A stretch of DNA of 55,751 bases. It comes from a virus (taxonomy: Duplodnaviria; Caudoviricetes). Positions 10,147-19,119 of this stretch are shown here, piece by piece. Position numbers and translations under genes: made by a program. The notes below the pieces were generated by a model. The model worked only from the letters and a program-made list of their open reading frames with translations. It was not told the origin of the DNA and ran no database searches. The stretch is taken from IMG/VR virus record IMGVR_UViG_3300048888_000044, positions 1-55,751 of that record. One strand, given 5' to 3'. The number at the start of each line of letters is the position of its first letter. Position 1 is the first letter of the stretch.

Positions 10147-10377
10147 ATGCGAATTGACGACTACGCAACGATAGATATTTGGAACGTTGCGGTGGCCAGG
10201 AGAAAATTGGGTATTGACCCAAAGTCTTACACGGTGGCGACTCTGCCGGCGGCCAACAAAGGCGACCGTGCTTTCGTGACCGACGCAAACTCCCCGACAT
10301 TTCTTGGTATCGCAGTGGGTGGAGGCTCGGTGCTTTCCCCGGTGTTTTTCGATGGAACAAACTGGTTGACCGGATAA
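10147..10377 (+). CDS. Small structural protein
   Basis: YTVATLPAA..G.RAFVTDA...PVFFDGTNW motif common at tailspike termini. Confidence 0.65.
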   Translation: MRIDDYATIDIWNVAVARRKLGIDPKSYTVATLPAANKGDRAFVTDANSPTFLGIAVGGGSVLSPVFFDGTNWLTG

Positions 10378-10381
10378 ATGT

Positions 10382-12502
10382 GTGGCTGAAAAAGAAAAAT
10401 CGAAAGATGTCTTCGACGGCTTCACGACGCTGGAGGGTGGCGTCAATTCCGGTGTCGTCCCTTCGCTCGTAAAAGAGAACCAGCTTTCCTTCGCTGCCAA
10501 CGCCACTCTGCGAGGCGGGTATGCCACGGCGCGCGCCATGTTTCACCAGCGCGTTTTGGATTTCGGTGGCAACACGGTACTCGAGTCGCGCTTCAGAACA
10601 GGCCGATGGCAGGGAGGGGAATCCTACCAGTCGGACGCCGGACAGACGTATCTGATCTGGTGCATTGGCGGCCGGCAGTTCGTCATCAAACCTGGGCCGG
10701 TGAAGTTCAAGGTCCAGGAAATCACCATCAACATTCAGACGGTTACGACGCTGGCCTTCGTGGTGCCGGCAGTCGGCTCTACCGTTAGCGTAAGCGTTCT
10801 TGATACAAGTAACCTGCATAACGGGTATCAGGTTGAAATCGCTGGACACAACTACGTTGTGACATCGGTGACAAGTCCAACGACGGTGACCGTAAAAAAC
10901 GTGGACGATGTTCCTGGAAGCGTTATCGGTGTAGGAGCGCAGTTCATATTCTGGGACGTGAATCCCGCGTCCCGATCTCACGCTTGGCTGTGGCAGTCGG
11001 AGAAGTGGATGATAATTAACGACGGTCAGAGCGTTCCCATTTTTTTCGATGGCGCCACCTCGCGACGGTCGAATGTTGCAGGAGATGAACTGACGGCCGG
11101 GAGGATGGGAGTCTATTGGAAGGGACGTAACTGGTGGGTCAACCCGGACGGTCTGACATTTCGTGCGGGAGACTTGGTGTACTCGAGCAGCGGCACTCCC
11201 GCGGAACAGAAGCGCGACGCCGTGCTCAAGCAGACTCAGAATATCTTCCTGACCAGTGGTAATTTCTCAGTGCCAGCCAACGCAGGTCAGATCATGGCGA
11301 TGAAGGCCGTCGCCAACCTAGACGTGTCACTTGGGCAGGGACCGCTTCAGGTGTTGACGGCCACGACGATTTTCAACTGCGACGCTCCGGTTGATCTGAC
11401 GGAATGGCAGAACACCAACAGTGTTCTTTTGAGCGTCAGCCAGATCGAGGGTGGCGGGTTGTCACAGTACTCAACCGTGGTGGCCAACGGCGATTTGTTT
11501 TACCGCAGCTTCGCCGGCATTCAGACATTGATTCTTGGCCGGCGAGATTTTCAACAGCGTTGGGGAAACAAGCCGGTTAGCCGGGAGATGAACCGCATCA
11601 TGCTCGCCGACAACCCGAGCCTACTGGAGTTCTCCACCGCGATCGTGTTCAACAACCGCCTGCTGATGAGCGCCAGTCCAACTGTGTCCGACCGAGGAAT
11701 CTATCATCGCGCCGTGGTGGCGTTGGATTTCGACATTCTTTCCACGTTGCAGGGCAGTCCTCCCCCGATTTACGATGGCGGTTGGACCGGGTTGCAGGTG
11801 TTGCAGATGATGAAGGGCGTCTTCGGTTCGATGGAACGCGCCTTTGCGGCGAGTTTCAACGGGAGTGGCGAGATCGACCTGTTCGAGATCATGCCCTCGG
11901 GCGTGGAGTTCGCCGACACCAACAACGACCTGGAATATCCGGTGGTGTGGTCTCTCGAAACCGGTGATATGTTCAAACGCACCGGTCTGGGAGCGTTTGA
12001 GCGCGTGAGGTTGCAGGATGGGGAGATTTATGTTGATGATATTCGCGGACGGGTGGACATCAGAATTTTTTATCGTCCCGATGCGTACCCGTGTTGGGTG
12101 TTCTGGCATGGCTGGAGCATTTGCGCGAAGCAGGAAGAGTGTCTTCCTGATCCGTTCACCTGTCTGTCGATCCTCAACGCACAGCCGCAATACCGGGTCC
12201 GCATGGGGTTTGGTGAACCTTCTCCGAAACCGTGCGACCCGATCACGAACAAACCGTTTCGCGAGTTCTACACCTGCCAGATCAGGATTCTGGTGCAGGG
12301 TTGGATGCGGATTAGCGGACTCAAACTGCGCGCGGTGGAGACGATGGAGCCGTTGATGGCGCCGATGATGTGCCAGAGTCCGACGTGCGACCTGCTGCCG
12401 GAACTTCCACCGGAACCGGACGTGAACGTGCGAGACGCGTGGTTGACCCACGAGAACAATTGGTGGAGTGTCGATGACGACACGTATTTCCTGATAAGCT
12501 GA
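10382..12502 (+). CDS. Tail tubular B / stabilization-like protein
   Basis: 706 aa beta-rich; position in virion operon. Confidence 0.55.
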   Translation: MAEKEKSKDVFDGFTTLEGGVNSGVVPSLVKENQLSFAANATLRGGYATARAMFHQRVLDFGGNTVLESRFRTGRWQGGESYQSDAGQTYLIWCIGGRQFVIKPGPVKFKVQEITINIQTVTTLAFVVPAVGSTVSVSVLDTSNLHNGYQVEIAGHNYVVTSVTSPTTVTVKNVDDVPGSVIGVGAQFIFWDVNPASRSHAWLWQSEKWMIINDGQSVPIFFDGATSRRSNVAGDELTAGRMGVYWKGRNWWVNPDGLTFRAGDLVYSSSGTPAEQKRDAVLKQTQNIFLTSGNFSVPANAGQIMAMKAVANLDVSLGQGPLQVLTATTIFNCDAPVDLTEWQNTNSVLLSVSQIEGGGLSQYSTVVANGDLFYRSFAGIQTLILGRRDFQQRWGNKPVSREMNRIMLADNPSLLEFSTAIVFNNRLLMSASPTVSDRGIYHRAVVALDFDILSTLQGSPPPIYDGGWTGLQVLQMMKGVFGSMERAFAASFNGSGEIDLFEIMPSGVEFADTNNDLEYPVVWSLETGDMFKRTGLGAFERVRLQDGEIYVDDIRGRVDIRIFYRPDAYPCWVFWHGWSICAKQEECLPDPFTCLSILNAQPQYRVRMGFGEPSPKPCDPITNKPFREFYTCQIRILVQGWMRISGLKLRAVETMEPLMAPMMCQSPTCDLLPELPPEPDVNVRDAWLTHENNWWSVDDDTYFLIS

Positions 12503-12512
12503 AAGGCAACCT

Positions 12513-13343
12513 ATGTCGCTAACCGGTCTCAGAGTAAACCAATTCCCGCTTACCGCCACCGCGATCAACGACGACGATTACTTCGGCATCGCCCAGGACG
12601 TTGGTGGAGGGGTGTACCAGACCAAGAAGGCAAAACGCAGCTTGTTGATGTCAGCAGACGAACAGGCGTATTGGATCATTCAGGCGGCGCTGCTGGATCC
12701 AAAAGCCTATGATTTCCTTGAAGGAGTCACGGTGACAGTTCCACCAAACGTAACCTGGGCTGCGGTGGCGTTTTGGGGTATGCAGGATGCTGGAGGAAAC
12801 CCTTCACAATACCAAAGAATTGCCGACTCCAAAAAGCCGATGGCTCTTGCTCCCGGTGTCGTGTTCACTCCCAGCTTTGCTTTCTCCCACATTTACATTT
12901 GTAAACCCGAACTGGTTACCGGTTCCGATGCTCGTTACTCTTCCGGTTTGAAGGCTAAAAACCTTTATTATCAAAGATTGCAGAGACTCTACACGATACC
13001 TGTTTCAAATCTTACGGTTCCAGTTCCAAACACAACTCCATTTGGAACCGGAGTTGTAGTGAACTTTCCGAATGACTTCACTTACGGAATGATCTGTGAA
13101 GTGTCTTCGTTTGACGTGGCTTGGACAGGATTACTGACAGCGAGTGGGTTGGGGGTAATGAACCTGGATCACGAAGTCGCCGACGACCACGAATCCAGAA
13201 TGACCAATGTTACGCTGACCCCTTTCGCCTTGTCTGCATTTCCATCAGTGAAAAGCAGGGCGGCCAGCATTTCTGGAACGACGGGAACCATGCTATCTGG
13301 TTTCGGAAACGTGTTTTACTACAAACTACCAGTAGATTGGTGA
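12513..13343 (+). CDS. Putative structural protein
   Basis: 276 aa ORF in virion operon. Confidence 0.55.
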   Translation: MSLTGLRVNQFPLTATAINDDDYFGIAQDVGGGVYQTKKAKRSLLMSADEQAYWIIQAALLDPKAYDFLEGVTVTVPPNVTWAAVAFWGMQDAGGNPSQYQRIADSKKPMALAPGVVFTPSFAFSHIYICKPELVTGSDARYSSGLKAKNLYYQRLQRLYTIPVSNLTVPVPNTTPFGTGVVVNFPNDFTYGMICEVSSFDVAWTGLLTASGLGVMNLDHEVADDHESRMTNVTLTPFALSAFPSVKSRAASISGTTGTMLSGFGNVFYYKLPVDW

Positions 13344-13346
13344 TTT

Positions 13347-13736
13347 ATGAGCGCAAACCAAGAGAGAGGATTTTCGGAAAGTGGTCTTTGGGTTCCCGCT
13401 GACGCAAGCGGCGCCGGATTGGTATTCACCAACCTCACAGGCAACTGTCGTTACTTGAGGATCGGAGATTTGGTGGTGTGTTTTTCCAGAATCAGCTATC
13501 CAGTCAACGCCTCCGGTGCTAGCGCCAGTTTCTCAGGATTGCCTTTTTCTTCCAAGGCTACGACCAACTCGGTTGCCAACGGAACAGTGTGGACCGATTC
13601 CGGTCTGGAGCTTCATCTGTTGGTGTCTGCCGGTGGAACCACGGTTTTCATCTACGGCAACGCAGGGATACAATTCACCAACACCCAATTGTCCGGTAAA
13701 GATGTGAGAGCGACTGTGATCTACGAAGCTGCCTGA
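13347..13736 (+). CDS. Fibre/receptor-binding-like small protein
   Basis: G.W.P...YLRIGDLV...SGLPF pattern. Confidence 0.6.
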   Translation: MSANQERGFSESGLWVPADASGAGLVFTNLTGNCRYLRIGDLVVCFSRISYPVNASGASASFSGLPFSSKATTNSVANGTVWTDSGLELHLLVSAGGTTVFIYGNAGIQFTNTQLSGKDVRATVIYEAA

Positions 13737-15625
13737 TGTCCGAAACTTCGTGTCCAACGTGCGATCAGGTTGTTGACTGCTGCGTTCCGAGCGGTCTGGA
13801 CGATTATTTGCTGGTTGGACCGACCTTCTTCAACAACCAGGTGGCGGTGTTGTTTCAATGTCCTCAAGGTTACGTCTGCACGCCAGGAACCTATCCCAAG
13901 CTCATCGTCATTGCGGCGCGAACGATTCCGTGGAACCCGCCGCCGACACCCAACTTCCTTCCACTGACGATCAACTGCTGTGACGGGCCGTTGACAGTTC
14001 AGTATGACCCGAACATTTCACAGTCGGACTACAACGCATTGCTTCAGTCGATGGTTGACGAGGCCGCGCGCCGGCTGGCTGGATGCCAGGAAAAGGCGTT
14101 TCGAGGCAAGAAGAAGAAACAGACGAGTGACGCGCAGACGGTGTTGTGTCCGAACGGCGACCCGATCACCAACGTATCAGGACTTCCTCTGTCCTCGTTC
14201 CTGCCAACCAGTATCACGATTTCGGCAGGTGGAAATGGTTTGACGATGAAAGCAGGAACTTTCACAGGAGCAACCAAGGATGAAGCCAATCAAAAGGCTT
14301 TGGATGAACTGACCAAGCAGTTCAACAAGGCAATCACGTCCGGCAAGCTGGTTTGTGGAACTGTGACAGCGCCATGTTCGATCTTCGAGAACGACAACAC
14401 GTCTCAGGGACATCGGACGATGCCGAACGGGCCTTTGCCAACGGGTGCCAATTTCGCTCCTGCTTGGGCGACTCTGGCTCCTGGGAATTACCAGCTTCAG
14501 TTTGTCAGTGGTGCATATCAGGTGGCGAGTGGTCCGAACCAATTTGCCGTAAACGGCGGAGCCGGAAGTCCGGTCATCGAGTTGTCGGTGCATCATGGCT
14601 CCACATGCACAACCGTTGGCGCGGACAACACCATTGCTGCGAATGCGTTGTTTGATGCGACTGAAGCCGCTGCCGCCGCTGACTTCCTGGCTCAGTACAC
14701 CGGAAATGAGAAAGAGTTCTTCGTTGGTGACGGTTCCGACGACAATGTTTGCATGGTAGAGGATTCAACCAACGGATTGTTGGGAGTCAGCGGAACGACC
14801 AAACCCATCTTCGACCTGGTAAAGATCAAGAAGCTGACCACCGCGCAGCCAGCTTCTCTTCAAATCCAGAATTTCGCCACCTACGCGAACGGTCGTTACC
14901 GGATCATCTACGGTGCTTCGACATCCGGTCTGCTGACGTTTACTTCCAATGCCGCCACGATTCAGGCCGCGCTCAACGCCATGCCGTCGATAATCTCGGA
15001 CGGGGGAGTGACCGTGGTGGTGAATCCGGCGATTCCAAATTTCGGTTCTGGTTTTGACATCACTTGGAACAACAATGGTCTGAGAACCGCGCTCAACCCG
15101 CAACTGACCACGGTGAATCCCGGCATCTTCGGACAACTGTTCATCACCCAGGCTGGCAACGCCGGGCTGCCGGCCATTCAAACGTTGTTCGTGGGCAAAC
15201 GATGCAGCTTCTTCGACGACGACCTGGTGGACCCGGAGTGGGATGGTTCCGTTACCAACCGTTACCTATCCTATCCGGTGTGGCGTCAGTCGGCCACCAG
15301 CTCGGTCAATCCGAATTACCCTATCGACCTGCCGGCCGCTCCGCTCGCTATCAAGGTCAACGAAATGGCGTTCATTGAGTGCTTCGTTTATCTCGCTGCC
15401 AGTGGATTGCCAGGATCGGGTAGTGGCTGCGGTTGGGTGATGATTATGGTGGGATTCATCGGCGCATTTGCCACTCCAAGTTTGCTGTGGTCGGGAGTGA
15501 AGTTCGACGGCCTTACACCAGCCGGCACCTATCACCAAGTCGATTCAACGCAGCTCGATCAACCGTGGACGGATGGCTGTCCGGTGGACATCACGCATGG
15601 GGTTGGACAGATCACTTTGGCATGA
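13736..15625 (+). CDS. Cys-rich virion protein
   Basis: 629 aa; NAATIQAALNAM motif; coupled to neighbours. Confidence 0.6.
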   Translation: MSETSCPTCDQVVDCCVPSGLDDYLLVGPTFFNNQVAVLFQCPQGYVCTPGTYPKLIVIAARTIPWNPPPTPNFLPLTINCCDGPLTVQYDPNISQSDYNALLQSMVDEAARRLAGCQEKAFRGKKKKQTSDAQTVLCPNGDPITNVSGLPLSSFLPTSITISAGGNGLTMKAGTFTGATKDEANQKALDELTKQFNKAITSGKLVCGTVTAPCSIFENDNTSQGHRTMPNGPLPTGANFAPAWATLAPGNYQLQFVSGAYQVASGPNQFAVNGGAGSPVIELSVHHGSTCTTVGADNTIAANALFDATEAAAAADFLAQYTGNEKEFFVGDGSDDNVCMVEDSTNGLLGVSGTTKPIFDLVKIKKLTTAQPASLQIQNFATYANGRYRIIYGASTSGLLTFTSNAATIQAALNAMPSIISDGGVTVVVNPAIPNFGSGFDITWNNNGLRTALNPQLTTVNPGIFGQLFITQAGNAGLPAIQTLFVGKRCSFFDDDLVDPEWDGSVTNRYLSYPVWRQSATSSVNPNYPIDLPAAPLAIKVNEMAFIECFVYLAASGLPGSGSGCGWVMIMVGFIGAFATPSLLWSGVKFDGLTPAGTYHQVDSTQLDQPWTDGCPVDITHGVGQITLA

Positions 15626-15672
15626 CTCCGAAACCCATTGCGGAAACACCAAGAAAGGCGTAAACACGACTT

Positions 15673-16236
15673 ATGGCTGACGAAACCGAGATGGACGTTA
15701 GAATTCCCCCGCTCCCCGCTGGATTCTGTTTCAACGCCACGTCCATTCACAATCTGCTGACTCAGATTCAGGTTTTCTTTCCGAGCGTGTTCGCGGTGTG
15801 GAATTTCGGTCCTGACGAACCAACCGTTGAGAACAGGTCTAAGCCGTGGCACAAGACCGATTCGTCAACCAGCATCGGCGTCGGCGATTTCGATTACAGT
15901 CCAATCTTCGGACTGTGGTTGAAGAATCACTGGATCAACAACGGTGGCAATCCTCCGTTCAACGAGAGGAAGATTTTTGTCGGTAGCCTGACTGATCTGG
16001 AACTCTTCGACGGCGGTGAACCTGGAACCGTCAGCGACACGACCGGGCCTTTCTGGCAGCAAGACACGACGTTCAACAATTTGTTGCCTGTGGGAGTGGG
16101 ATTATTCGCTCCTAATGTGAACGTCGCGGTGCCAGCGCCTGCCATTGCCTCGGCGGGTGCGGCGGGGAATGATCCGGGTGCGATGGCTGTGTACTTCATC
16201 AAACCGACTGGGAGATTGTACGACCGCTCAAGTTAA
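15673..16236 (+). CDS. Putative structural protein
   Basis: 187 aa; DGGE...GPFW..D and VYFIK.T.R..Y motifs. Confidence 0.55.
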   Translation: MADETEMDVRIPPLPAGFCFNATSIHNLLTQIQVFFPSVFAVWNFGPDEPTVENRSKPWHKTDSSTSIGVGDFDYSPIFGLWLKNHWINNGGNPPFNERKIFVGSLTDLELFDGGEPGTVSDTTGPFWQQDTTFNNLLPVGVGLFAPNVNVAVPAPAIASAGAAGNDPGAMAVYFIKPTGRLYDRSS

Positions 16237-17246
16237 TGGAAGACATCCTGACATACGCGGACATCAAGGCCGACGACGGAATCAACGCCGTAATCGGTTT
16301 TTGTCCGGGATCTCCCGAGTACGAGAGTCGTGTCAACGACGCGATTGAACGTATCTACCGCAAGGGCGACTGGTGGACGTCACTCAAGAAGGCGCAGTTC
16401 TGTGTCACCAACGGTTGTGTTGCCTGGCCGAAGTTCGTCGGTCGATTGCGCGCTCTGAAACGTTGCAATCACGCAATTCCAATTACGAACGTCTGGGGTT
16501 CCTTCCTTCCATTCGGTCCAACCGACCTGAACTCGTCCTGCTTCTGCTCGGATTACACGGCATTGAACGAAGGGACTACTCCAGTGTCACGCAACGTGGC
16601 TTGTGGAGCTCTCAATATCAAGGTGCGGGCGTACACGCAGTGTCAGAAAGACCTTGGAAAGATCATTCAACTCTTCGGCATCGACACCAACGGCCAACCG
16701 CTCAGGACGCGGAACAGCGATGATACCTGGGTGGATGGAATCAGTCTGGTTCTGGACAAGCCATTTGTGAGCACGACGATGGACATTCGCGAGATCACGA
16801 GAGCGATCAAGCCGGAGACTGAGTGTCCGATTCGACTTTTTCAGTATGACACGGTGAACGACGTGTTGATTGACATGGCCGAGTACCAGCCGCGCGAGAC
16901 CAACCCGCAATACCTGTTCACCCGCATTGGTGGCTTCAACTGCTGCAATACGACATGCGATGGTCAGCGGTCGATCACGGCGTTGTTCAAGATTGCCCTC
17001 ATCAAACTGCGTGACGACACGGACATCAGCCCGGTCCAGAACCTTCAGGCGATTGCCGCGATGGTGCAGTCGATCAAGGCTGGTCAAAGCGGGGATCGCA
17101 AGGCCAGGTTGGAATACGATTTGGATGCGGTTCACGAGATGAATTTGCAGGAGCGCGACTTTGTGCCGACCGACCAGATTGCGATTGACGTGGCGACGTG
17201 GGGCAGTGCGCGGTTGGAAAAGGCCGGAATCGGCTGGAACATCTGA
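16236..17246 (+). CDS. Head-tail adaptor / tail tubular A-like protein
   Basis: 336 aa; position before ejection-type genes. Confidence 0.5.
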   Translation: MEDILTYADIKADDGINAVIGFCPGSPEYESRVNDAIERIYRKGDWWTSLKKAQFCVTNGCVAWPKFVGRLRALKRCNHAIPITNVWGSFLPFGPTDLNSSCFCSDYTALNEGTTPVSRNVACGALNIKVRAYTQCQKDLGKIIQLFGIDTNGQPLRTRNSDDTWVDGISLVLDKPFVSTTMDIREITRAIKPETECPIRLFQYDTVNDVLIDMAEYQPRETNPQYLFTRIGGFNCCNTTCDGQRSITALFKIALIKLRDDTDISPVQNLQAIAAMVQSIKAGQSGDRKARLEYDLDAVHEMNLQERDFVPTDQIAIDVATWGSARLEKAGIGWNI

Positions 17247-17248
17247 TT

Positions 17249-18211
17249 ATGCCAACGACAACGATTACACGCTACATTGCCCCCGGAGTTGGAACCAAGG
17301 GAACTGGAGCTACCGGTTATGATGTCAACCCGGCACCGAGAACCGGTCAGGGTCCATACGGACTTGTTCCGGGAGCTACCGGACTTCCAGACCCGCACGC
17401 TGACCTGGCGAAGCTGATACCAGGTCTGGACTCTGCCACAGGACAGGCTTCTCAGAATGTGATTCACGAGTTGACGGGTGAATTGCCACCGGATGTGATT
17501 TCTTCAATCGAAGACGAGGGGGCAAGATATGGTGTGACCTCGGGGATGCCCGGTAGCACGCTGGCAAGGAACCGAACCGCCAAGAACGTGGGTTTGACTT
17601 CACTTGGTCTTCAGCGCAGTGGGTTACAGGATTATTTGGGACTGACAACGGGAGTGAAGTCCAATCAGACCGTTCCGCCGGCATTACAAGCCGAGATTGC
17701 GTCCAACAACGCGAACCTGAACGCTGCCCCTGATCCGGCGGCGCGAGCGGCGGAATTGGAAGCAGCCTTCAATCGCGGGCGTGGTGGAGTGCCTGGAGCC
17801 GGTGGTGGTTTCGGAGGTTCAATCGGAGCGCCAAATCTGAGTCCAAGTCCAGGAAATCCTTTCGGCATGGGTGCTCCCAATACGTTCCCGGTCGCTTCGG
17901 GCAACTTTCACGGAACGGGCGGCGGTGGAGGTGGTGGAGGGCCAACGTTTACTCCTGGACCAGCCATTTATCCCGGCGCGACTGGTGAGCCACTGGATTT
18001 CACTGGAGGTCAAAACTTCGATTGGGAGAATGAACTGTTCCCGACCAGCGCGCCAACATTTGATTGGGAAAATGAGTTGTTTCCAACGAGCGGGCCGTCG
18101 GGATTCAACATTGACGACGAGTTGTTTCCGACCAACGCTGGCAACGACCTGTACGACTGGGAAGACGAATTGTTTCCGTCGAACGATGCCGATTACGCGG
18201 ATTACGAATAA
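17249..18211 (+). CDS. Putative DNA ejection (pilot) protein
   Basis: Gly-rich; C-terminal FDWENELFP-type repeats. Confidence 0.55.
   Translation: MPTTTITRYIAPGVGTKGTGATGYDVNPAPRTGQGPYGLVPGATGLPDPHADLAKLIPGLDSATGQASQNVIHELTGELPPDVISSIEDEGARYGVTSGMPGSTLARNRTAKNVGLTSLGLQRSGLQDYLGLTTGVKSNQTVPPALQAEIASNNANLNAAPDPAARAAELEAAFNRGRGGVPGAGGGFGGSIGAPNLSPSPGNPFGMGAPNTFPVASGNFHGTGGGGGGGGPTFTPGPAIYPGATGEPLDFTGGQNFDWENELFPTSAPTFDWENELFPTSGPSGFNIDDELFPTNAGNDLYDWEDELFPSNDADYADYE
18017..18183 (+). repeat. Four coding repeats F/Y-D-W-E-x-E-L-F-P
   Basis: FDWENELFPT, FDWENELFPT, FNIDDELFPT, YDWEDELFPS. Confidence 0.85.
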
Positions 18212-19110
18212 TGGCACCACTGCCGTCATGGATTCAGGGGGAACCTTCACAGTTCTCCGATGCCTACGCTCGTGGGGCGCAGCATGGTATTGCCCTGGCC
18301 GAGATGCGAGACCGTCAGCGAGCGCGTCAAGAACAGCGACAGCTTCAAATGGAAGAGCTGGCGGCGCGGCAGGCTGAACGTCAGGCGATGGCGGCAGAGA
18401 AGGCCAGGGAATTTGAAGGCGAACAGGGTTTGGCGCGCGAGAAAATGGCCAGTGCCGAACGAATTGCCGGTTCGCGCGAGAGCGATCTGAAGGATTACCG
18501 AAAGTCGCAGCTTGACCTGCATGAGGCCGGGTTGAACCTCCAGAAGGCGCGTCTGGACATGCTCAGGAAGAAGTCCGAGGAAACACCCGAAGCATTGGGG
18601 CAACCGGAAGTCATTGTGGACCCGGAATCACAGACGAGAATCGGTTTGAGAATTCCCAACAGCCGGACCAGCGGCCATTTCCAACCGGATCGAGCGCCAG
18701 TGAAAGAGGGAGCTTTGACCGACGTGGACAAAGCGGAGTTGAAAATGGTGGATGCGGCTGAGAAAACCATCAACGCGGAAGCCAAGGCCATGCCTCCGAC
18801 GGACGAACTCAGCCTGGCTCAGATGCGGCGCCGGCTGGCCAACATCAACCGTCAACGCGACACGATTCTGAACCGTCACCGTACACCTGTGGCAATGCCA
18901 ATGGCAGCTCCCGAAGAGACTCCAGAAGATCAAGGTTCTGGAAACATCGACGCTGCGATCGGTACTCCGCGCATGATGTTTTCCAACCCAGGCGACAAAC
19001 CATTGTCTTCCGGGCCTGTGCGTGTCCGTCGCAAGTCGGACGGAAAACTGTTCAACTACAAGGGCGACGCCTCAGAAGTTCCTACTGACAGCTACGAGGT
19101 GTTGCAGTAG
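18211..19110 (+). CDS. Putative DNA ejection protein
   Basis: Helical Q/R/E-rich 299 aa, between pilot-like and very large protein. Confidence 0.5.
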   Translation: MAPLPSWIQGEPSQFSDAYARGAQHGIALAEMRDRQRARQEQRQLQMEELAARQAERQAMAAEKAREFEGEQGLAREKMASAERIAGSRESDLKDYRKSQLDLHEAGLNLQKARLDMLRKKSEETPEALGQPEVIVDPESQTRIGLRIPNSRTSGHFQPDRAPVKEGALTDVDKAELKMVDAAEKTINAEAKAMPPTDELSLAQMRRRLANINRQRDTILNRHRTPVAMPMAAPEETPEDQGSGNIDAAIGTPRMMFSNPGDKPLSSGPVRVRRKSDGKLFNYKGDASEVPTDSYEVLQ

Positions 19111-19119
19111 GGTGGTGTC

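Noticed and set aside
9135-12568. Long antisense ORFs (9135-10112, 11621-12568; also 26307-27068, 35464-36390, 49342-50238, 53133-53912)
   Set aside because: Shadow frames of GC-rich genes, with Arg/His-rich composition and no motifs.
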